This document shows, piece after piece, positions 58,830 through 64,000 of a stretch of DNA of 64,000 nucleotides. How positions within the stretch are numbered: the stretch's first letter is position 1; each line of letters begins with the position of its first letter. This stretch comes from a phage: sequence record PZ179882.1; one strand, written 5' to 3'. Both the position numbers and the translations under genes were made by a program. The notes below the pieces were generated by a model that had not been told where the DNA came from, made no database searches, and saw only the letters and a list, made by a program, of their open reading frames with translations.

Positions 58830-59234
58830 TCAATTTTCAATTTTACTAAATATACAGAATAAGATGGAACAGACTATATAAGCACCACACACAGATTGAA
58901 CTAATACCATTCCAAAGAACCAAACAATATTATCAAACAATGTCTGTTTTACGTCGAAAGGACGTAAACTTACAGTAATATTATCACCTTTTTCTATTGA
59001 AGAATACATCTCTGGGGAAATATATTCACTAAATCTATAACCGTCTTTGAGTTCATATACGGCAATAAACGATAAACTAGACCCTTTTCCTTGTGTTCCT
59101 GTAATGGTATTAACTACAGTAACATCATAATCTTTATAATGCATATAATCATTAATTGCGTAATAACCATATGCAACTACTATACATAAACAACATATCA
59201 ATAAATTCAATCTTTTAATTATCAACCGTTTCAT
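58830..59234 (-). CDS. Hypothetical membrane protein, 134 aa (N- and C-terminal TM segments)
   Basis: ORF track; ATG verified. Confidence 0.5.
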   Translation of the reverse strand: MKRLIIKRLNLLICCLCIVVAYGYYAINDYMHYKDYDVTVVNTITGTQGKGSSLSFIAVYELKDGYRFSEYISPEMYSSIEKGDNITVSLRPFDVKQTLFDNIVWFFGMVLVQSVCGAYIVCSILFCIFSKIEN

Positions 59235-59289
59235 AATAATCTCAATTAAAAGGGCTTAGAACCATTATACCATCCTTGGTATAAAGCGG

Positions 59290-59817
59290 TTATGCGAGTA
59301 CCGTCTTTAACCGTTCTTCAAACTTCCGAAGAGTATTTTGGCGTTCAGCTCTTTGCTTTTTGTAAGTTTCAATACGCTCTGAAATGAGAGAGTATCGTTC
59401 ATTTACTGATTCTTTCATAAAATCAGGAATTTCACGAGAAGCTTTAATCTCGTCAAATTTATCAATAACAGCTTGCTCTTCAGCAATTAAGTTATCATAC
59501 ATTAAAATATCTTTCTTGATGAACTCAATATCTTCTTGAGTTACACGAGACATTTTAGATGCTTTATCCTTTTTGTACTGTTCGTTAGTATCACGAGACC
59601 AGTGTAATGTACGATTTTTATTCGTATTCTTGTAAATTTCTACAATACCGATCTCATCAATAATAACGATCCAATTCCAACGGGATTTGTAAATTTGTCC
59701 TCCATCAACAGTGATTTCACCTCCGATTGAGATGTCGTTAAAGAACTTGCTTTGCGCTTCAGATTTAAATTTGCCATCGTTGTAATTTACTAAGTTGAAA
59801 ATATCTTTAGCGTTCAT
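59290..59817 (-). CDS. Hypothetical protein, 175 aa
   Basis: ORF track; ATG verified; GGAGG SD lies inside inverted repeat of promoter 59846-59875. Confidence 0.55.
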   Translation of the reverse strand: MNAKDIFNLVNYNDGKFKSEAQSKFFNDISIGGEITVDGGQIYKSRWNWIVIIDEIGIVEIYKNTNKNRTLHWSRDTNEQYKKDKASKMSRVTQEDIEFIKKDILMYDNLIAEEQAVIDKFDEIKASREIPDFMKESVNERYSLISERIETYKKQRAERQNTLRKFEERLKTVLA

Positions 59818-59820
59818 TTT

Positions 59821-59875
59821 CTGTTCCTCCGTAGTTGATAGGGTAATAATACCACAGAGGAACAGTCTTGTAAAC
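59821..59875 (-). promoter_or_regulatory. Early promoter with 9-bp inverted repeat straddling the -10
   Basis: GTTTAC 59875-59870, TGgTATTAT 59854-59846; IR ctgttcctc (59821-59829) / gaggaacag (59857-59865); the transcribed arm contains the GGAGG SD of the 175-aa gene. Confidence 0.55.
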
Positions 59876-59877
59876 CA

Positions 59878-60192
59878 CTAAAAGAAACTTCTTTCACAAT
59901 TTTTTCCACTGAACCATGCACTTACCGCTTTCTTGGTCTCAGGAGCAGTGTTATCCATAAACCATTCAAAGGCAGCCTTTTTATGATTCTGGAGGGCTTC
60001 TCGGGCTTTAATCTGCTCACGGTCTATTAACACTAACATATGAGCCTTTCTTGTCACCATGGACTTCTTATGATTTTTTGAATACTCCCAGTCATTTGTC
60101 CATCGCATTGTCGTTGCGAATTGAAATACTGCTTCTTTAATTTTAGTTTCGTAAATTTCACGAGCCTTTGAGTATAACATCACTACCTCCAT
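59878..60192 (-). CDS. Hypothetical protein, 104 aa
   Basis: ORF track; ATG verified. Confidence 0.5.
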   Translation of the reverse strand: MEVVMLYSKAREIYETKIKEAVFQFATTMRWTNDWEYSKNHKKSMVTRKAHMLVLIDREQIKAREALQNHKKAAFEWFMDNTAPETKKAVSAWFSGKNCERSFF

Positions 60193-60262
60193 TCACCAGT
60201 TTAATTCTAGTCATCTTTTTAATGGCAGTCCATATAATCTATTTCTGAACTGTCTTTTTGTC

Positions 60263-60982
60263 TTAGGATTCTTCTAAATGTCTTTTCTGAAAAGTTGATA
60301 CCATACTACGATACGGTTCATTTGGATACCCGTGTTTTATAGCTTCCTTTGTAAATTTTCTCCATCCATATTTAGTTTCTTTCCAAAGCTCGAATAATTC
60401 ATCTTCATATTGCCATATAGTTAAATGAGAACGCTTTGCAGCTTTAATTCCATTAATATGCTTTTCTTTTACTACAGGATTACTTAGTTTCTTTTTAATA
60501 ATATTACTAACTTTTCTAACAAAAACTGGGTCCTTATATCGTTGCGAAGTTTTTATTGAAGTGTTTAATTTAGCTTCCGGTGTGGATGTGACCTCTTTCA
60601 TCTTTTTCTTCATATGCTGTATATGATTAGGATTTTTCCATAAATTTATAGAATGCTTTTTGCATTTTATCCTAGTTTCATCTGCAACCTTTCCTCCTTC
60701 ACCTCCGTATGACAGGTTAACACAGTTTTTTCCATATTTCAATTTACCTGCCATGATATATAATATTTCAGCTTGTACCATTTTATCATAATTATCAAAA
60801 ACTTCTAAAACCGTTTTTGTTAATATGTGGTCATTTGACACTTTTACACGTTCTATATAATTTCCACTACCAACATACGAATCATTGATGTTATTAGTTA
60901 TATGTCGACCATAATAGTATTTCTTAATACCTGTCTTTAAATTTAATATTTCAGTTTTATAGATAGTAAAATATTTTTTCAT
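60263..60982 (-). CDS. Basic 239-aa protein, possible degenerate GIY-YIG/Seg-like homing endonuclease
   Basis: N-terminus TIYKTEILNLKTGIKKYYYGRH...YVGSG loosely resembles GIY...YIG; C-terminal Lys-rich repeats (KLSNPVVKEKHINGIKAAKRS) resemble NUMOD-type DNA-binding modules. Weak, motif-level only. Confidence 0.45.
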   Translation of the reverse strand: MKKYFTIYKTEILNLKTGIKKYYYGRHITNNINDSYVGSGNYIERVKVSNDHILTKTVLEVFDNYDKMVQAEILYIMAGKLKYGKNCVNLSYGGEGGKVADETRIKCKKHSINLWKNPNHIQHMKKKMKEVTSTPEAKLNTSIKTSQRYKDPVFVRKVSNIIKKKLSNPVVKEKHINGIKAAKRSHLTIWQYEDELFELWKETKYGWRKFTKEAIKHGYPNEPYRSMVSTFQKRHLEES

Positions 60983-61947
60983 TTTAATAATACCGTTTCA
61001 GCAATTTCTTCCCAACCGTTTTTGTCGGTCATAATAAAGTCAGCAAGATAAAGAGCAGTACGCAGTGAAACATTGCGTAAACGATTAACATTAACTTTCA
61101 TCCATGATAATGCTTTATAAGTTTCTTCATCAGAAAGACCGCGCTTTTGCATCATGTCGGTTGAAAGAATAACATCTTCAACCCTGACCATAATTTCTTC
61201 ATTAGTGTGAACACCCAAATCTAAATAAACTGAGCGGGACACTAATGCTTGTAAATGTGGAGCAAGTTTAGTACCACGGTCTAATTCGCGGTCAATATCA
61301 ACGTTTGTGATAAAAACAATCGTTCCTTTAAATTCAAACTCACGCTCAATGCCTTTTTCTTCTAAGTAAGAAGATGCAGTGCTCCAGCAGACTTTACGGG
61401 TCTCTCCAGTGTCCAGAGCAGCTTTTAGAAGATTAAGAATGTCCATATCAGAGAAAACATCCACATCATCAATCAAAAGGACAGAATTCTCTTCACGATT
61501 ATTCCAAAGCTGCTCATAAAGACCAATACCAGAGATTTTACCATTAATGCTTTTATATTCAATGTATCCATTATCATTTGCTTTATTTAAAGCTTTATCT
61601 AAAGAATACGTTTTACCAATACCTGCTGCGCCAGAGATAATTAATGAACGAATATTTCCATTAATAATACCATTCGTCATCATTCCCATAACATTAAATC
61701 TTTTATTAATGCGGGTTTTCATATCTTCATATGATTCTTTAACTTCTTCAACTTTTACACCATCATATGAAATATCTGATTTGTAAACCCAAACACCGCG
61801 ACGTTTACCGTCAATTTCAACAAAAACTTTACCATCTCCTTGTGCATCTACCGGAGCATTATCTGGGAACCATTCGCCTAAGAGCTCAAAAGTTCCAGAG
61901 ATTTCTTTACCGAAGTAGATACCCTTATTGATAGTTACAGTTTTCAT
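60979..61947 (-). CDS. P-loop NTPase (Walker A GAAGIGKT, Walker B LLIDDVD)
   Basis: Track ORF begins at GTG; ATG 61945-61947 with GGAG SD downstream of promoter 61984-62013. Confidence 0.6.
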   Translation of the reverse strand: MKTVTINKGIYFGKEISGTFELLGEWFPDNAPVDAQGDGKVFVEIDGKRRGVWVYKSDISYDGVKVEEVKESYEDMKTRINKRFNVMGMMTNGIINGNIRSLIISGAAGIGKTYSLDKALNKANDNGYIEYKSINGKISGIGLYEQLWNNREENSVLLIDDVDVFSDMDILNLLKAALDTGETRKVCWSTASSYLEEKGIEREFEFKGTIVFITNVDIDRELDRGTKLAPHLQALVSRSVYLDLGVHTNEEIMVRVEDVILSTDMMQKRGLSDEETYKALSWMKVNVNRLRNVSLRTALYLADFIMTDKNGWEEIAETVLLK

Positions 61948-61983
61948 TTTATTCTCCAATTTCACATTTGTTTTGATAGGGTA

Positions 61984-62013
61984 ATAGTATCACACTACTA
62001 CCCTGCTGTAAAC
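61984..62013 (-). promoter_or_regulatory. Early promoter upstream of P-loop NTPase gene
   Basis: GTTTAC 62013-62008, 18-nt spacer, TGaTACTAT 61992-61984. Confidence 0.5.
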
Positions 62014-62016
62014 AAT

Positions 62017-62280
62017 TTATTTTAATGTTTGCCAAATTTTTACTGCTTCGCGACGAGATACTTCTACAGCTCCAAGTTCTACAGCTTTTTGGCGTCGCCG
62101 AGCGTGTAAGTCATAATGTTTAATGCGTTTATCTTGAAACCAAGAACGTTTCATTCCTATTGCTTCTGCCATTTCGTGAAGCTCTTCAATATCTCCATCA
62201 GTGAACATATGACAATTTTTAGTTGGATGACCGCGAAGTTTCCATCCATGATTCATTAAAACATCTACGTAAACTGTCAT
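62017..62280 (-). CDS. DUF4031-like small protein, 87 aa
   Basis: MTVYVDVLMNHGW...GHPTKNCHMFTDGD...HYDLHARRRQKAVELGA pattern as I recall for DUF4031; unverified. Confidence 0.5.
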   Translation of the reverse strand: MTVYVDVLMNHGWKLRGHPTKNCHMFTDGDIEELHEMAEAIGMKRSWFQDKRIKHYDLHARRRQKAVELGAVEVSRREAVKIWQTLK

Positions 62281-62426
62281 TGATTCTTCTCCAAATAAGT
62301 TTCGATAATTTTCTGGGCAAGATAAACCGCGTTATCTTCAGTTGCGTCTTCTAAGAAACTTTCAAAACACTCTGAAATTTCTTCTGTATCAATCAACTTT
62401 TTTACTTCAATTGGTGTAATTTTCAT
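62277..62426 (-). CDS. Hypothetical acidic protein, ~49 aa
   Basis: Track ORF 62277..62495 would run through promoter 62464-62493; internal ATG 62424-62426. Confidence 0.4.
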   Translation of the reverse strand: MKITPIEVKKLIDTEEISECFESFLEDATEDNAVYLAQKIIETYLEKNQ

Positions 62427-62463
62427 TTTGTTTTTCCGTTTAAGTGTTTGTTTTGATAGTTGT

Positions 62464-62493
62464 ATAGTACCATAAAGCTTTATGCTTGTAAAC
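62464..62493 (-). promoter_or_regulatory. Early promoter following terminator
   Basis: GTTTAC 62493-62488, 18-nt spacer, TGgTACTAT 62472-62464. Confidence 0.55.
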
Positions 62494-62513
62494 AATTTTG
62501 TGAAAAATTTTTG

Positions 62514-62541
62514 AAATAAAAAAGGGAGCCCGAAGGCTCCC
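62514..62541 (-). terminator. Rho-independent terminator downstream of nucleotidyltransferase gene
   Basis: Hairpin gggagcc-cgaa-ggctccc plus U-tract. Confidence 0.6.
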
Positions 62542-62543
62542 TA

Positions 62544-63557
62544 TCATTTATAATAACTTCGGTGGTTTTCAAGATAAACCCTCTCAAGGAAGTCATCCCA
62601 AAAACCCATGTCTACTTTTTGCTGCATACCGTTCTTAGAAGCTTCAGTAGATGCTGCTTCTACTTGATCGACCACATCTTCCAAAAACTCTTGAACCGTT
62701 TTAAATGGATGTTTACCCAACTTCACGTCGAGAATAAATGGAGCATCTTGGAGTGGATAAACCAAGTCACCAGTTTTGTAAATTTCCAATAGTTGGAGTC
62801 CACCACGGCAAGCATGACTCAGAGCTTTCCAGTCAATACCTTCATTGGCTTCGGCCTTACGAGCACGTTCACCGTATTCAGCATCTAATTTGTTCAGTGA
62901 CTGCTTAAGCTCAATAAGAGAAAGCGTTGTCTGATATTTACGACCCAACACTGTGTAGAACGTCTGTGGGCCTGTTTTCTCATGATTATGGAACACCCAT
63001 TCACAGAATTCGTTTTCTGGAAGACGATGCTTAATATCTTCAACTTTAGTACGACGCTGCTTAATAGAACCATCTTCTTGGTAATCAACCCATTTCTCAG
63101 GGATTTGATTAACTACTTTCAATACATCACGTAATGCAGCCAAACGAGAACCCTTAACGCCGTATTTAGAAGCTTGCTTACGGACATATCCTAAATAGGA
63201 TTTCATGTTAGTCGTATAAAAACGAGAACGGTTGTCTTGAATAAACTTCCACACATCAGGCAAATCAGATTTAACCACTAACTCAGGTGGAGTGTGAAGC
63301 ATATCTAACGCTACAGTTTCACCATCTGCTGCTAATTTAAAGAAATATTTAAGACTATACAATTCGTGGTCAATATCATCTTTAGTGTTTTTAGATGATG
63401 TGTTGTTAGTGTTTTTACTCATATGCTCTTTAACATTTCCGATAAGAATATCACGAGCAGGAGGAACAAAGATTTCTTTAAAATCTACATCAGATTCTGG
63501 GGTAGAAGTTCCATAAAGATGACTACCAAAATAGCTTTTCATTACTGTTTTCATCAT
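62544..63557 (-). CDS. Predicted nucleotidyltransferase (Pol-beta-like GS...DxD), 337 aa
   Basis: N-terminal GSHLYGTSTPESDVDF; followed by terminator hairpin 62514-62541. Confidence 0.6.
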   Translation of the reverse strand: MMKTVMKSYFGSHLYGTSTPESDVDFKEIFVPPARDILIGNVKEHMSKNTNNTSSKNTKDDIDHELYSLKYFFKLAADGETVALDMLHTPPELVVKSDLPDVWKFIQDNRSRFYTTNMKSYLGYVRKQASKYGVKGSRLAALRDVLKVVNQIPEKWVDYQEDGSIKQRRTKVEDIKHRLPENEFCEWVFHNHEKTGPQTFYTVLGRKYQTTLSLIELKQSLNKLDAEYGERARKAEANEGIDWKALSHACRGGLQLLEIYKTGDLVYPLQDAPFILDVKLGKHPFKTVQEFLEDVVDQVEAASTEASKNGMQQKVDMGFWDDFLERVYLENHRSYYK

Positions 63558-64000
63558 TCAGCCTTATATTCAATAACAGGACATACTTTAGCTTTACGAG
63601 CTTTTAAAAATTCAACGATAACCGATTTCTTGGGTTGAATAGGAGGTAAACCTTTATACGCCCTATCAATATTTTCTACGTGTAAAGCATAATCCTTTTT
63701 CCATTTATAATCTTTATATTTTTCACGCAGTTGTGCAGGAATAACAAATGAACCGATAATAAGTAAAACAACCAAAAGTGCAAGTATAAATGCCGATGGA
63801 AGAAGAGTCCATAAACTACCAAAAATAAGCCATTTCTGTATGATTTCTGCACAGATAATAGTTAGACCTGCGAGTATAGTACATCCGAAAAAAGAAACGA
63901 AAAATGTAGGGATAACAATAGACCAAAAGTATGCACACAGTGTCTTAGGTCGTTTCCATTCGTCGTTAAACAGTTTGAATAATTTATAGTGCCAAGAGTT
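63554..64000 (-). CDS. Multi-TM membrane protein, 3' part (5' end beyond window)
   Basis: Minus-strand frame of track ORF 63554..63775 (TTG start) stays open through nt 64000 with several hydrophobic segments. Confidence 0.45.
   Translation of the reverse strand, partial: NSWHYKLFKLFNDEWKRPKTLCAYFWSIVIPTFFVSFFGCTILAGLTIICAEIIQKWLIFGSLWTLLPSAFILALLVVLLIIGSFVIPAQLREKYKDYKWKKDYALHVENIDRAYKGLPPIQPKKSVIVEFLKARKAKVCPVIEYKAE

Noticed and set aside
1-64000. tRNA, rRNA or other structured RNA genes
   Set aside because: No cloverleaf-like GC-rich segments seen; the T4 tRNA cluster lies outside this map interval.

Overview
The window is a contiguous block of a T-even (T4-like, Tequatrovirus-type) phage genome, with no host DNA. 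It runs from the 3' end of long-tail-fibre gene 37, gene 38 and holin t on the + strand into a long minus-strand early/middle region: asiA, arn, motA, 52, ac, stp, ndd, denB, rIIB, rIIA, 39, dexA, dda, modA, modB, soc, 56, 61, sp, dmd, 41, 40, uvsX, 42, imm, 43, regA, 62, 44, 45, rpbA, 46, 47, alpha-gt, 55, nrdH, nrdG, nrdD, 49, pin, nrdC and an nrdC-distal accessory block. Gene identities come from my memory of T4 protein sequences plus conserved synteny; no database search was possible. Several loci look T2/T6-like rather than T4-like: gene 39 is one uninterrupted 605-codon ORF, nrdD has no intron, gp38 is a Gly-rich adhesin, and a DxD glycosyltransferase sits where T4 has beta-gt. The ORF track allows GTG/TTG starts and takes the longest ORF, so some starts were moved to an internal ATG where I could check codon and Shine-Dalgarno by hand, and several sub-60-codon genes (stp, ac, hydrophobic micro-proteins, a zinc ribbon) were added. 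The points most worth follow-up are the reiterated early-promoter cassettes with inverted repeats at stop-codon junctions, a duplication scar at the 3' end of pin, a four-gene array of diverged paralogs with C-terminal coiled coils, an ATPase/DUF4031-like/nucleotidyltransferase cluster, a possible homing-endonuclease-like insertion, and a + strand ORF with a strong ribosome-binding site between genes 56 and 61. I found no tRNA genes, CRISPR arrays or introns. No single locus stood out as an unambiguous new system.
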